A stretch of DNA of 64,000 bases. Origin: an uncultured virus (IMG/VR IMGVR_UViG_3300030708_001148) (lineage: Duplodnaviria > Heunggongvirae > Uroviricota > Caudoviricetes). The notes beneath the pieces were generated by a model. It did no database searches. It had not been told where the DNA came from and was given only the letters and a program-made list of their open reading frames with translations. Each line of letters opens with the position of its first letter. Position 1 is the first letter of the stretch. Of this stretch, positions 26,875 to 38,800 are shown in pieces. The DNA is taken from the IMG/VR virus record IMGVR_UViG_3300030708_001148. One strand, 5' to 3'. Position numbers and translations under genes: made by a program.

Positions 26875-28938
26875 TTATCTAGACCAAACCCAATTGTTGC
26901 TTCCAATGTATATGTATTCAAGTGTTGAATCATTCTGGAGAGTAGGATTAGTTCCAGAATCTAAGGATGAAAGAAAGGAATCACCCGCGCCTAATGCTAT
27001 CTGTGCCGCAAGACCCAATACATTCCAAACCTGATAATGAGTGCCTACTGCGGGGTCAGCAGGAAGAGTGAGAGTCCCACCACTCCATATTACTCTCGCT
27101 CCTGATTGTGCTTGTGTTAGTGTAGTATTACTGCTTACGGTCACGATATCCCCATACACCTTGCTCTTAATTACAACTTGGTCATGCTTAATTTGTGCCT
27201 TTACAACTTCACCACTAGCACCTGCGGTTGCGTTGTTCGCTCTAAATTCTATATCACCACTAGGCCCACGGTTATTGTGAATTATAGTTCCACCATCTAT
27301 GCTAAGGAATGTTCGTGCAGAACCAGCAGTATCTCGATAGGTAAGTACGCCCTCACTAGTGCCACCACCTGCCGCAGAGAGATTGAAGAAAACAGCACCA
27401 GTATTTTTTACATTCAATACCTCATTGTTCTTTCCTATTAATTTTAGAATCAAAGCATTATCTAATGTGCTGTTCTGTTCAAGTGTAAGAACGGGAGTAC
27501 TATTGTGAGTGTATGTTACGCTTTCTCCACCACTTAAACCGCCACCTGCATTGGCATCAACATATGCCTTGATGGATTGCTGAGTTGCTAGTGCAGTTGC
27601 ACTGTTGCTTCCCATTGCATCTTCGTCTTTGATTGTAGTAATTCTTGCTCCCGAATCTCCGAATCTAACACCATCATCACTGATATCCATACGTGAAGCA
27701 GAACCAGTGTTGAAGGACTGAGTATCCGTACCGAATGTAATGGTGTTGTTAGTATCACCCGCATGTATGAAACCACTACCTATTGTAAGGTAATCTTTGA
27801 TAGTTACATCCCCACCAGTATTTACAACGAGAGTGTCGTTCTCTGCCGTACCTTCTATCTTGAATGGGTATGTGTCATCACCGGCGAAGTCTTTGACTAC
27901 TAGATGACCGCCATCCGTATAGAGGAAGAATTGTCCTTCTGAGTTTTGCAGATGATACCCAACTCCCCCTGATGCCCCTGTGTTCTTAGCGGATATATCT
28001 CCCGTTACATCTAATTTGGTTCCGGGGCTTGTATTGCCTATTCCAACATCACCATCATTCTCAATATGCAATCTAGTGGAACCATTGGTCATAAGTGCTA
28101 AATCGTGGTTTGTGTTTGTTCCTATCTTACCAGTAGCAGATTGCGCCTGTAATAGAATACCTGCACCGCTTGTTCTTTCTATGAATACTTCTCCATTTGC
28201 ACCATTTGCTTCAATGTGAACTAGGTGGTCAGGAGCAGAACCCGCATCTCCTATTCCTATTCGTTCTGTGTTAGCATTGATGAAGAAAAAATTACTCGTT
28301 GCGTCTGAATTGTAAACGAAGTCTATGTCAGCAAGACCCGCATTAATCTCAAACTGTCTCACACCACCACGAAGTCGGTAGTATTCTTGTTCATCTGAAC
28401 CTGCTTGCATTAGTTTGAATATCATCTCACCATCTTCTGAGCCATTGCTGACATCATTAGGTTCCATCATTATTCTACCGAAGTTGGTCTTCTCACCTGC
28501 ATCGTTATTGGCACTCCAAACTATTGCACCAATGTCATCGCCATCACCTGAGTTCGCACTATCGTTTCTATACAAATCAAGGATAGGCCCATCAATCGCA
28601 TCAGCATTCGTATTCTCTAGAATCAAAGTAGCGGTATTCGATGCATTGTTCTTTATCGTAGTTGATTGAGTCTGTGCATTCATCGTGATTGTACCATCGG
28701 CATTCACCGCTATGTTCTGTATACCAGATATATCACTGACGCTGAATATGTCACCAGATGACATGGTAGGACTCATTGAGAAAACTTGTCCCTCGGCCCC
28801 TTCAAAAGATAGAGAATTGTCATCCAATACTCTCAGGTACATAGGAGAGTTGTCCTTACCCACGAACTTGATTTCTGGATGCGTAGTCGCTACGCTAGTG
28901 TTTGGCGTAATCAAAATGTCTTTGTCACTGTCTGCCAT
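26875..28938 (-). CDS. Tail fibre/spike-like virion protein
   Basis: G/S/T/N-rich; GxVGIG...P...LDV repeats typical of marine phage fibres. Confidence 0.72.
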   Translation of the reverse strand: MADSDKDILITPNTSVATTHPEIKFVGKDNSPMYLRVLDDNSLSFEGAEGQVFSMSPTMSSGDIFSVSDISGIQNIAVNADGTITMNAQTQSTTIKNNASNTATLILENTNADAIDGPILDLYRNDSANSGDGDDIGAIVWSANNDAGEKTNFGRIMMEPNDVSNGSEDGEMIFKLMQAGSDEQEYYRLRGGVRQFEINAGLADIDFVYNSDATSNFFFINANTERIGIGDAGSAPDHLVHIEANGANGEVFIERTSGAGILLQAQSATGKIGTNTNHDLALMTNGSTRLHIENDGDVGIGNTSPGTKLDVTGDISAKNTGASGGVGYHLQNSEGQFFLYTDGGHLVVKDFAGDDTYPFKIEGTAENDTLVVNTGGDVTIKDYLTIGSGFIHAGDTNNTITFGTDTQSFNTGSASRMDISDDGVRFGDSGARITTIKDEDAMGSNSATALATQQSIKAYVDANAGGGLSGGESVTYTHNSTPVLTLEQNSTLDNALILKLIGKNNEVLNVKNTGAVFFNLSAAGGGTSEGVLTYRDTAGSARTFLSIDGGTIIHNNRGPSGDIEFRANNATAGASGEVVKAQIKHDQVVIKSKVYGDIVTVSSNTTLTQAQSGARVIWSGGTLTLPADPAVGTHYQVWNVLGLAAQIALGAGDSFLSSLDSGTNPTLQNDSTLEYIYIGSNNWVWSR

Positions 28939-28942
28939 AATA

Positions 28943-30268
28943 TCACAATCCGAAGTGGCCCCTAGACGCGGCGTAGTTCTGCTTCACTTGATTAGCAGTA
29001 AGTGCGGTTTTATAGATTCTTACCTTTGCCATCTTTCCAATGTATCCTGACCCGGTTGAACCACTAGCCGAACCAGTGCCTCCTACTATCCATGTTCCAG
29101 TATCAGGTGCATTTGCTGTAATGTCGCCGGGAGCGTATGATTGGCCTAATTCCCCATTCTTGTATATCGCCAAAAGAGAATCATTTGCCCATGTCATAAC
29201 TACATGATTCCAAGCATTATCATTCAAAGTAGTTGTTCTTTCTTTAGAAGTCCCACCAGACCTGACCCAAGCACTAACCACTCCATTACCAGCAGGATGT
29301 CGCCATAAGCCATGTGAACCTGCATAACTGCCTCGGCCAACTAATCTCCCTCTGTATGAATTCGCCCAAGTATTACTACTGTCATGGTAAATCCAGCACT
29401 CTATTGAGAAGGGGTCGGCAAAGGATGAAGGATAGGATATATCTCCCGTTTGGAAGTTATTACCACTAGCGAAGGTAATCGTATTATCTCCCAAGAAAGT
29501 AACATTTTCAGTAGCCGTAGCATCACCAGTAACTAGATTGTGTAACGCATTGTTTCTTACTGATGTGGAGTTATATCCATTTGTCGGGGTTTGTTTTCTT
29601 GTCAACTGAAACCCATCTGCGAACTCTGGTTCTGGAACATAAGGAGTGCAAACGTCATTCGCTTCTAATTGTGGAGCGCACAGATACAGCCTCTCTATGT
29701 GTGGGTCTGATTGTAGACTACCATATCTATGACTGACACTATCAACATCGCAATCTGAATCAGTGGTAAAGGCATTGTCCCATTCCAATCTAATCCATCC
29801 TCTCTCATCTGCTAGGTTCTCATCTGCACCAGTAAGTAGAGCATACGAGGAATTTGTCTCGCCTTCGGGTATGAAATATCTGTATGCTAGATTTACCCTA
29901 TCACTCTCTGAATTGTCTCCTGTATACATTCTAAGATATGCACCTGTCTTATCTGTCGTCTTCACATACACAGAATATGAGTATTGAGTGCTGTTTTCCA
30001 TAGGTGCATGATTACCATAGGAGTACCAGAAACCGTTTCCTGTTCCATCATCGTGAAAAGATACAACAGGAGCAGTAATGCCTACTGGTGGGTCAATTAA
30101 ATTCCATTCTATTCCTTCTGTATAAGTCTTTGACCATCCAGAATTTAAGTTTTGATTTAGTATGACATTGCTAGATGCCTTGCCTTTCTGTGACTTACTG
30201 TTGTATTGGTCAAAGGAGAAACCTAGACTACTAGGCGTAGCGATATTAGAACCACCTGCTACTCCCAT
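28943..30268 (-). CDS. LamG/concanavalin A-like virion protein with an extra carbohydrate-binding-like domain
   Basis: FSIECW, WNHVVMTW, IYKNG, VRIY...LT...V.QNY; central QLE-containing domain. Confidence 0.75.
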   Translation of the reverse strand: MGVAGGSNIATPSSLGFSFDQYNSKSQKGKASSNVILNQNLNSGWSKTYTEGIEWNLIDPPVGITAPVVSFHDDGTGNGFWYSYGNHAPMENSTQYSYSVYVKTTDKTGAYLRMYTGDNSESDRVNLAYRYFIPEGETNSSYALLTGADENLADERGWIRLEWDNAFTTDSDCDVDSVSHRYGSLQSDPHIERLYLCAPQLEANDVCTPYVPEPEFADGFQLTRKQTPTNGYNSTSVRNNALHNLVTGDATATENVTFLGDNTITFASGNNFQTGDISYPSSFADPFSIECWIYHDSSNTWANSYRGRLVGRGSYAGSHGLWRHPAGNGVVSAWVRSGGTSKERTTTLNDNAWNHVVMTWANDSLLAIYKNGELGQSYAPGDITANAPDTGTWIVGGTGSASGSTGSGYIGKMAKVRIYKTALTANQVKQNYAASRGHFGL

Positions 30269-31053
30269 TACAAACCGAACCTCCCTCTGATTGCATTGAA
30301 GTTTTTCAAAACCTCTTTTGGTGTGAGAGCCACATCGTATACTCTAGCGATTGCAATATCGCTATAACTTCCATAGGAAGAGTCATTCACACTATCTATG
30401 CCAATTGAAATCAGATTGTCAGAATCGTAGTTTATCGTATCTGCTACATTGGCCGCATTGTAAATTACATCTGTGTTATCATTGGGTGGGTTAGCATAAT
30501 CACTCTTATCAACCCCATTCAAAAACAGACTGGCCTCTATACCATTACCTGCATATGAGTAAACTATGTGACACCATTTGTCGTATACGATGTTAGTAAA
30601 ATCTGCGGCAGTACAATCTGTCCCGACCCAATGATGTGCTGAATCCTTATACATCCCGATAATTCCCTTGATGATAGTGTTAGGGTGAGAACCAGAACTC
30701 ATTAAAGCCCATCCCCTGTAATTCTGAGTACCGTCACTTGCACCTCTATTGTTTATGAGAAAACCAGAACCAGTCTCCTTCACCTTAGCGACTACTTCTA
30801 ATGTAAACTCCTGAGTGTATTGGAAATCCATACCGGAAATAACCGCACTAGCCTTGATACCATCACCTGAGCCATCAAAGGCAAACGCCCCATTGGAGAA
30901 TGATGTATCACCATTCAATGATAGAGATGTTCCTGAAATAGAATCATACGCAGTAGCACCGCTACCGGAATAGCACTTAGGATTCTTAGCATCCAAGTTG
31001 AAGAGAATCCTGTGGGGAGAAGCAAGAGTAAGACCATTACCGAAACCCATCAC
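30268..31053 (-). CDS. LamG-domain protein
   Basis: LDAKNPKCYSGSG, FDGSGD, WCHIV, LFLNG, RVY...LT. Confidence 0.78.
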   Translation of the reverse strand: MMGFGNGLTLASPHRILFNLDAKNPKCYSGSGATAYDSISGTSLSLNGDTSFSNGAFAFDGSGDGIKASAVISGMDFQYTQEFTLEVVAKVKETGSGFLINNRGASDGTQNYRGWALMSSGSHPNTIIKGIIGMYKDSAHHWVGTDCTAADFTNIVYDKWCHIVYSYAGNGIEASLFLNGVDKSDYANPPNDNTDVIYNAANVADTINYDSDNLISIGIDSVNDSSYGSYSDIAIARVYDVALTPKEVLKNFNAIRGRFGL

Positions 31054-31163
31054 TCTTCCTCCATCGTCAAATGCTGTTCTGCATATTCTTCTTCTATTCT
31101 CTTGATTACATCCCTGAATTCCAATCTGCGAAATGTGTTTGCTGTACCATCATTCTTACTCAT
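31050..31163 (-). CDS. 37 aa mini-ORF
   Basis: MSKNDGTANTFRRLEFRDVIKRIEEEYAEQHLTMEEE; overlaps both neighbours by 4 bp. Confidence 0.5.
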   Translation of the reverse strand: MSKNDGTANTFRRLEFRDVIKRIEEEYAEQHLTMEEE

Positions 31164-31822
31164 GCAAACCTACCTCTGGTTGCTTCGTAGGTCTGTATTA
31201 CTTCTGCTCCTGTCAATCCTACATCGTAATGTCTGAATAGAGCAATGTCTCCTTGAAAGTTAGAATCGGTGTTTGAGCCTACAATCTGATTTATCAATAC
31301 GTCATTAGTCTCTCCAGTTGCTTCATATTGCTCAACTCCGTTTAGATAGGTCTTGCATGTTCCTCCGACACAAGATGTGACTATCTGGTTCCAATTGTTA
31401 TCTACTTCGTCTACTATTCCAGATGGTATGTAGTCCTCATTAGTATCAGTCTCTATTGATACAGAGTAGTCAGCATCTCCTACTAATGCCCAAAGTCTAT
31501 GGTACTTGTTTCCATTGTGTCCGATGAAGATACCACGACTTGCATAATTGCTTGTGTAGTCTACTGCCGCAGACTTGAGCCATATCTCAATAGTACCGTT
31601 ATCCGTATCAAATGAAAACTGAGTCAAGGCAACGTAGTCATCTGTACCATCAAAGGAGAAGTATCCGTTTGAGTTGAACGTAGGACTGTTTGTTAAAGTC
31701 CCGTTGTTGCCCGATAGTCCCAAGTCTGTCCAAGTGGTTCCAGACCCGGAGTATGATTTAGGATTCAGTGCATCAAGACAAATTTGCATATTAGCATTTT
31801 TTACTACAGGGCCATAGTGCAT
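31160..31822 (-). CDS. LamG-domain protein
   Basis: LDALNPKSYSGSGTTWTDL, FDGTDDY, WNQIV, YLNG. Confidence 0.8.
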   Translation of the reverse strand: MHYGPVVKNANMQICLDALNPKSYSGSGTTWTDLGLSGNNGTLTNSPTFNSNGYFSFDGTDDYVALTQFSFDTDNGTIEIWLKSAAVDYTSNYASRGIFIGHNGNKYHRLWALVGDADYSVSIETDTNEDYIPSGIVDEVDNNWNQIVTSCVGGTCKTYLNGVEQYEATGETNDVLINQIVGSNTDSNFQGDIALFRHYDVGLTGAEVIQTYEATRGRFA

Positions 31823-31828
31823 CCACTT

Positions 31829-32113
31829 TCACCAATCCCTACAAGCCATACATCTAGCAGAATAATTTCCTTTTCCACACGTTGAACATTTATGTCTTGC
31901 ATTAAAGGACTTCTTTCTCTTAGTGTTTCCACTCTTACCAGTTACCTTAACTCCCGCTTGACCCCAATGCCTTCTCTCATACTTGCCTTTCTTTCCTGAT
32001 GGAACACAAGCCATCCATTTCTTTCCTTTCCTCGTTGATTTGGTTTTACCTGTTCTTTTGGTACACCTACCAGACTTACACAGAGTATCAAACCAAGCAT
32101 CCATCTTATTCAA
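31829..32113 (-). CDS. Small basic Cys-rich protein, putative internal virion protein
   Basis: K/R-rich; RKKSFNARHKC...SARCMACRDW. Confidence 0.6.
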   Translation of the reverse strand: MNKMDAWFDTLCKSGRCTKRTGKTKSTRKGKKWMACVPSGKKGKYERRHWGQAGVKVTGKSGNTKRKKSFNARHKCSTCGKGNYSARCMACRDW

Positions 32114-32396
32114 TCTCCGTTGTTTCCTTACTTAGATGTTTCAAAGCATCTTTACTCAATTCATAAAAATGAAATAGTTTCTTACTTTTACCTTCCACAT
32201 GTTTTTCACCAGACATGAGTGTTCCATCTGGATGTTTGTGTGTAGGCCCAACCCATTGTACTGGCTTACCGTTTTCCATGTAAAAATGTCTTTCTCCCTT
32301 TCCTTTCTCTATGTCGTATTTCTTTACTCTACCATATTTTTTACATGGGTCTTGTCCACATCCACAGTTTCTCTTTACTATTTTTTCCCAACTCAT
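32106..32396 (-). CDS. Small basic protein with MSWEKIVK leader
   Basis: CGCGQDPC and HKHPDGTLMSGEKH motifs. Confidence 0.6.
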   Translation of the reverse strand: MSWEKIVKRNCGCGQDPCKKYGRVKKYDIEKGKGERHFYMENGKPVQWVGPTHKHPDGTLMSGEKHVEGKSKKLFHFYELSKDALKHLSKETTEIE

Positions 32397-32638
32397 TTTT
32401 TTCCTCTCCCTTTTCTTCTTGGATAGTCTTTACATGCTGAACATGTTGGTCTACATCTTCTTTTTCTACCTTTTGAAGCGTCTTCTCTTCCACAAGGTCT
32501 GGGGCCGTCTTTATTTCCACAAGAACCACAATCAATCCAACCTCCTTGTGTTTTTCTACCTTTTTTTTGTTTACCCCCTCTACGTCCAAACCATTCACGT
32601 AAACTATCATCCGCTTTGATTATCTCAAACCAACTCAT
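32393..32638 (-). CDS. Small basic Cys-rich protein with MSWFEIIK leader
   Basis: LREWF...WIDC...PCGR...CRP. Confidence 0.6.
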   Translation of the reverse strand: MSWFEIIKADDSLREWFGRRGGKQKKGRKTQGGWIDCGSCGNKDGPRPCGREDASKGRKRRCRPTCSACKDYPRRKGRGKK

Positions 32639-32844
32639 TTTGATTTACCCCAGTTTGCACAACCAACCTTTCTACATCTAGTAACTGCTCCAGAAGCATA
32701 GGCAGACGGCCAAACATCATATGCCGCTTTTACCTTTCTAGTACAACAATCGTCAACCTTTTTCTTGGACTTCTTTCTTTTCTTACGAGCCTTTTTGCCT
32801 CGCCGTCCAGACTTTCTTTTTAGAACATCAAACCACAGCGTCAT
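32635..32844 (-). CDS. Small very basic protein with MTLWFDVLK leader
   Basis: K/R run followed by KVKAAYDVWPSAYASGA. Confidence 0.6.
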   Translation of the reverse strand: MTLWFDVLKRKSGRRGKKARKKRKKSKKKVDDCCTRKVKAAYDVWPSAYASGAVTRCRKVGCANWGKSK

Positions 32845-35800
32845 ATTCTACCTCCACCTTCTCAATGTCCTTTCTCTCTGCTTGTATAAAGTAGAAGCAG
32901 TCTATTGGAATATCCGTCTGCGTTCCAACATAAATCTTGTTGTCTTCTATATGGTCAACGTATATCTGTTGGAAGCCCTTGTTAGGAGTCAGTTGAACTG
33001 TGATTGTATCCTCGTCAACCAGACCTAGCCAGTAGTCGGGCAGTTCGATTACATCTCCCTCTAGTCTGCCTCTGATGTAGACACCGTGTTCCGGCCCTTC
33101 AAGAGAACCGTGATGCAATCTCTTTCCTTCTTTCGTTGGGTGTTCTATATCGAAAGACTTGGTTGTTGCTATTAGCGAACCATCTACCTTAACTCCTATT
33201 CCAGTTCCATCTTGCTTGACATGGAGAACTGCTTCGTCTGCATATTGGCTATCATCATGGAAGAAGACCAATGGTGAATCCATGTTGGATGATGATTGGT
33301 TTCGCAATACCTTCAATCCATTACCAGTGGTTCCAGACATCGTGGTTGCGATTGCACCTGTATCAGCATCAAGAGTTACTTTGTCATTGATATTGACATC
33401 TCTGAATGAAAATACCTCACCACTCTTTATCCTAGCAATATTTGAGCCGCCAGCATCAAACCAAACCTCACCTGCCGCTTGTAATCTAAGAGTGCCAGTA
33501 TCGTTGTCTACATATCCAGTAGACCCATCGTGATAGAATGCCATATCAGCATCTGCACCAACTCTTAGTTTACCGCTATCAGAAGGTATGTCAACATTGG
33601 CTTCATCAATCGTCATGGTATTGGTGTTAGTACCATTAACATGAGTGTAGAACTTCAGTCTGCCCTTTTCTTGACCATCATTGCCATAATCTACTTGCCC
33701 TGCTATACTAGCATAAGTTATTTCTTCAACGGGGTTAGCGTTATTGTAGCCCTTAAAGTGTAAATGTCCCAAGAAGGTATTTGCACCGGGCGCACCATTT
33801 GTTCTAACTAGTGTTAAGTCGGGAGTTGATAGGTTTCCATTAGCATCAAGACCTTCTATTCTTACCGTATCTCCACCGTCAGTATCAGCAGATATTGTAA
33901 GTGGTGCAGAAGGAGTCATAGTTCCTATTCCTACATAACCCTCCTGTCCCAAAATGGTGAATCGGTCTGTGAGGGAGTTCGTTCCTATCTTCCTAGTTGA
34001 AACTCTAAGGTCACTTGTATGGTAATCATCAGTTACACCATCAGATTGTCCTGAATTACCATGCACGTTGTAAATTCTAATTGTCTCATTACCACCATGA
34101 CCTGTATGCTTCCTGAAACTAATCGTGGATAGGACATCATTTGCGCTCAACTGACTTACGTTCTGGTTGTGATACAGATTCAATGCAGACTGTCTTCCTT
34201 CAATCACTGTGCCGAAAGAGCGAACTGCTTGTGGCGAACCGTTGGTTTTCACTGGCTCTGTTGATTGCCATGCCGAATTGGATGAATAAGTCAGAGTGGT
34301 ACTACCACCCACTTTCTTCGCTATCTCGTTCCAATTCCAAGTTGTATAACTAGCGTACTTCTTCATCCAGAGTTCTATCGGTTGCCCCCATCCCTCGGTA
34401 ATCATCTTGAAGGAGTCATCCCGTAATGCACTAGAACTCGTCAGCGATAGAATTTTGATACCCATAGTGTGTGCGCTGTTAGTTCCATTGGACCTACCAT
34501 AGACGTTAATTATCGCTTGGTTTTGACTTCCTACATCTACACAAGTGATACCTAGAGTCAGGCTCAAGTCCCTGTATTGATTTGTACCGGGATTCCATTC
34601 CAGAATCTTGCACCATGTATTAGCACCATTCTCCGTTCCTGTGCTTCCGCCCGCAGAACCACCAACGTGTTGTGTGTCAAAAGAGAAGTGCTTTGCCACA
34701 TCAAGGTCTTCTGTCATTGTGATGTCACCCGTAGGTGTAATCCTCATTCTCTCAACGGCATTGGCATAACCACTTGTTGTACCTGTCTTGAATATCATTC
34801 CGGCTTCGATGCCGTTTGAACTAACTGAGTTTGAGAGAATCAAAGCGTTGTTGTCGGTATTACTCCCCGAATGACTACCAATCGCTGAGTGTTGTGTTCC
34901 GCCATCTTGCTCAAAGACGATGAAAGGTTGGTCTGTCTCACTGTTATTGTCCGTGTCTGCCTCAAGGATGAGGACAGCATCACCTGATGTTCCGCTTGAG
35001 ATGTGCAGTTTGGACTGTGGACTCGTAGTGCCTATTGCGACCTTACCATCAGATGTGATTCTCATTTTTTCTGTTGTTTTGTCACCACCTGTAGTAGTAT
35101 TTGCATTTGTACTGAAGGTTAAATCACCTGCTGAGAAACTACCACTTACTACATGGCTTATCTTTGCACCTACTGCACCGGGGTCCACATTGCTAGACTG
35201 TGCAAAGCCGATTGAAACTGCATCTCCGGCGGTGCTATTTTCTGTGGCTTTGACTAATAAATGAAGGTCGTCATCTGTTACCGTAGTATCGTAATCATAC
35301 GCAGTTTTCTCAATATGAACATTACTACGAGGTGAAGCAGTACCTATTCCGACTCTTTCAGTATCCCCATCAAGCACCATTATGCTAGTAACATCAGATG
35401 CACCAAGATTCAACTTGCTACCAGACTGTCGGTCACGAATGTAGGACTGAGAACCGGATTTGGAAATCAATAGCATATTTCCTGTTGAGCCGCCACTAGT
35501 GTTATCCGTATCACCAAGATAAATTCTTGGAGTGGCAGATGCTAATTTTAGGTCAGTTCCTCCGTATGTGAGGCTTGATTCACCATTTAGTGCCGCCGCA
35601 CCAGTAGCAGTTACTATCCTGTTATCTGCCCCATTCGCTAGAGTTAGTCCATCTCCTGATGCAGAAGTTACATCAGAAGTCAATGCAATTGTCCCTGTTG
35701 CATTTGGTAGAGTAATCGTTCTATCTGCTGTAGGGTCTGTGATAGTTAACGTAGTCTCATATGCATCAGAAGTTGCACCTTCAAACACAATTGCATTTGC

Positions 35801-38800
35801 CGCTTCCATCGTCACTGTGTTTACCTGTGTCGTGGTTCCTGCTACATTCAAGTTAGGAACAAGTAGTGTTCCTGTTGATGGATTGTATCTCAATGCACCT
35901 GTATCATCTAACAAGGCATTTGACTCATCATGGAATACTACAGGGAAGTTCGTGTTTGCTGTGCTATCTGATACAGTTACCGTGGATGCTAGTGTAGCAG
36001 TATCAGCATTACCTGTTAGGTCACCAGTAACATCACCAGTAACATCACCAGTAATATTTCCAGTAACATCACCAGTAACGTTTCCAGTCACATTTCCAGT
36101 CACATCCCCAGTTACAGTAGCAGTTAGCGTACCTGCAACAGTCACATTTGCTCCTGATGTAGTAATTGCGGTAGTGCCATCAGATGCCTTGATGTCATTG
36201 CCACCTAGTTTTAAATCACCATCAACAGTAAACGTACTTGCATCAGCACTAACAAGCAAGAAACGATTCTTAGAACCTTGACCAGTATACATCATTGTTT
36301 GACCAAATGCATCCTGTTCGATATGCGTACTGCTATCTGTACCTGCACTGTTCTTTATCTCAATACCTGCTACTGTTGATGAGTTTCCTTCAGTACCTTC
36401 ATTTTCTACTAATAAACCAGTAAACAAACTCGTTGTGTCATCTGCAATGTGTAATTTTGTGCTAGGACTTGTAGAGCCTAAACCTACGTTTCCAGTAGTC
36501 TTGTGTATAACTAGATTAGCCCCACTACCTAGATTCTGTGTTCCTCCGAAATATCCATACCCACTTGTAGTACCTACATATACAGTGTCATCATTATCCT
36601 GAATTAGAATACGCCCATTAGCATCGGCTGATTTGAATCTCGCTATCGAATCCATTGTGCCGCTTTGAACATCTAGTTTGTATCCGGCACTTCCGGCATT
36701 ATTTATTGCAAGACTACCAAGACCAGTTATAGCATCTGGTAGTCCTATTGTCACAGTTCCACTACTTTCAGCAACCTCTATTTCGTTAGAAGTTCCAGAG
36801 AAGGTAATCGTTCCACCAAGAGCAGTAGCAGTTGAGTTAGAACCATCACTTACGGTAATGCTAGAGTTTGCTAGTTTTGAATTTGCAATAGAACCTGCGA
36901 GTTGTGCGTTTGTAATCGTACCAGTCAATGAGGAAGTCGGATAGTTAGTCGCATCTGTCAAGTCAAATGCAGGAGTAGCATCTGATTCTCCCAAGTCTAG
37001 GCTTACACCACCGAAACTCACAGAGTCATTTGCAAGCATCGCATTGCTGATATCTCCATTTGCAACTGAGAAAGCAATCGTATCCGATGCCGCAGTATTC
37101 GCTATTGTGATTCCAGAACCCGCAGTTAGTGTTAGAGTATCAGCAGAGGCATCTGCAACAATGTCATCCTGCCCACTAACTGAGATTGTCTTGAATGCCT
37201 TGATTCCACCTGCTCCACCGTTGTCTACAGCGAAATCTGCTAGATGTGCTAGATTTATGTAAGCCCATTCATCTTCGCTATCATCCCAAACAAGTAATTG
37301 GTCAGCAGTATTTGCGGTTCTCTGTGCAGGATTGGTTGCGGCTCCATCTGCACCAGAACTCATCAATGTGATGTTGGTGTTCACAGGGTCATCAATGCTG
37401 AAAGCAGTACCACTTAGAACAAGACCGTTGTTAGATGCGGCAGTATATGTTGTGTCAGTAGATGCTATGGTTATTGCACCAGTTGAAGCGTTAGTAATAC
37501 TAACATTGGTTCCAGCAGTTAAAGTTCTATTAGAAAATACACCACTATCATCTGAGGTAATAATATGTCCTTGAGCAACATTACTTAGAGTAACGTTACT
37601 CATTTCACCTAAACTATCTACTGTGTCTACTTGAGCATCTACGTATGTCTTTACTGCGGCAGAAGTTGGAACTAAAGTTGCCCCGTTAGTTAAGGTGGAT
37701 TCAAATGCAGTAACTGTTATCGAACCATCAGATAAATTACCATATTGTACAGTTCCTCCTGTTGTTAATCCTCCAACGGTTAGAAGCCCACTACTAGGAT
37801 TGTACGTTAGTCCTGTATCTGTCTCTGCTCCTTGTGTTCCTGTTGCTCCATCAACAAATAGAGGGTAGACAGTCTCATCTGTAGAGTTATTTGCGCTTAC
37901 TGTTACAGATGTTGCTAGTGTTGCGGTATCTGCGTTACCAGTAACATCTCCTGTTAAATCACCAGTAAAAGTACCTGCCTTCATTGAACCATAGTTTGAG
38001 CCTAGTTTAAGTTCCAACACGTTACTAGCAGTTTGAAGAGTTATATCGTCAGAACTCCCTCCCTCAAATGTAAATCCAGTTCCATCTAGAACTCCGCTTG
38101 CAGAGTTTCCACTTGCTAATACTATGTTTTTATCTTCTACTGCAAGATTTGTAGTATCAAGAGTAGTAGTTGTTCCATTGACTGTAAGGTTTCCTGTTAC
38201 TACTAAAGCACCAGAAGTTGTGAGAGTCACATCTGTTCCATCACCAATAGTTACACTCTCAGTAATATCAGTTAATCTAGAACGAAGATTTGCTTCTGAT
38301 ACGTTGACATCCGTGTTCGTTACTTTCGCATCATTCAGAGCGACTCTGTTTTCCAGTTTCCCGAATGCGGCTAGAATAGTGTCTGTTGCGGCTACTGTTC
38401 CACCACTACTAGTGTCGAGGTTAGTTAGAGCCTTGCCAGTTATCGCTGTAGCCGCAGTTGCATTATCTAATGCAGTAGTAGTAGTAAAGTTAGAATTGGT
38501 GTTGCTATAATTTGCAAGGTCATTGTCCACTGTGAAGGTTAAGTCGTATGGGTCAGCATCCGTTCCATTATCAACATCAGTCCAGTTTATCGTTAGAAGA
38601 CTGGACGGTACAAACTTGATTTCCTTGTCATTGGCAACTGTTAGTTCCGTGCCATCTCCGTCTTCTAATACGAATGACATTCCACCAACACCACCGGGAA
38701 TGCTATCCACGTATGCCTTGACTGCCTTTGCAGTCACTAATCCTGCATGGTCATCTGTGATACTAGCAAGGTTCTGCTCTAGTTGGTTTATGTCGCTTAG

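Noticed and set aside
32341..32610. Alternative-frame 89 aa ORF
   Set aside because: Overlaps two coupled ORFs that carry the shared leader and recognisable motifs.
36010..36116. Tandem repeat as a CRISPR array
   Set aside because: 12 bp in-frame degenerate units without spacers, coding GxVT within the fibre gene.
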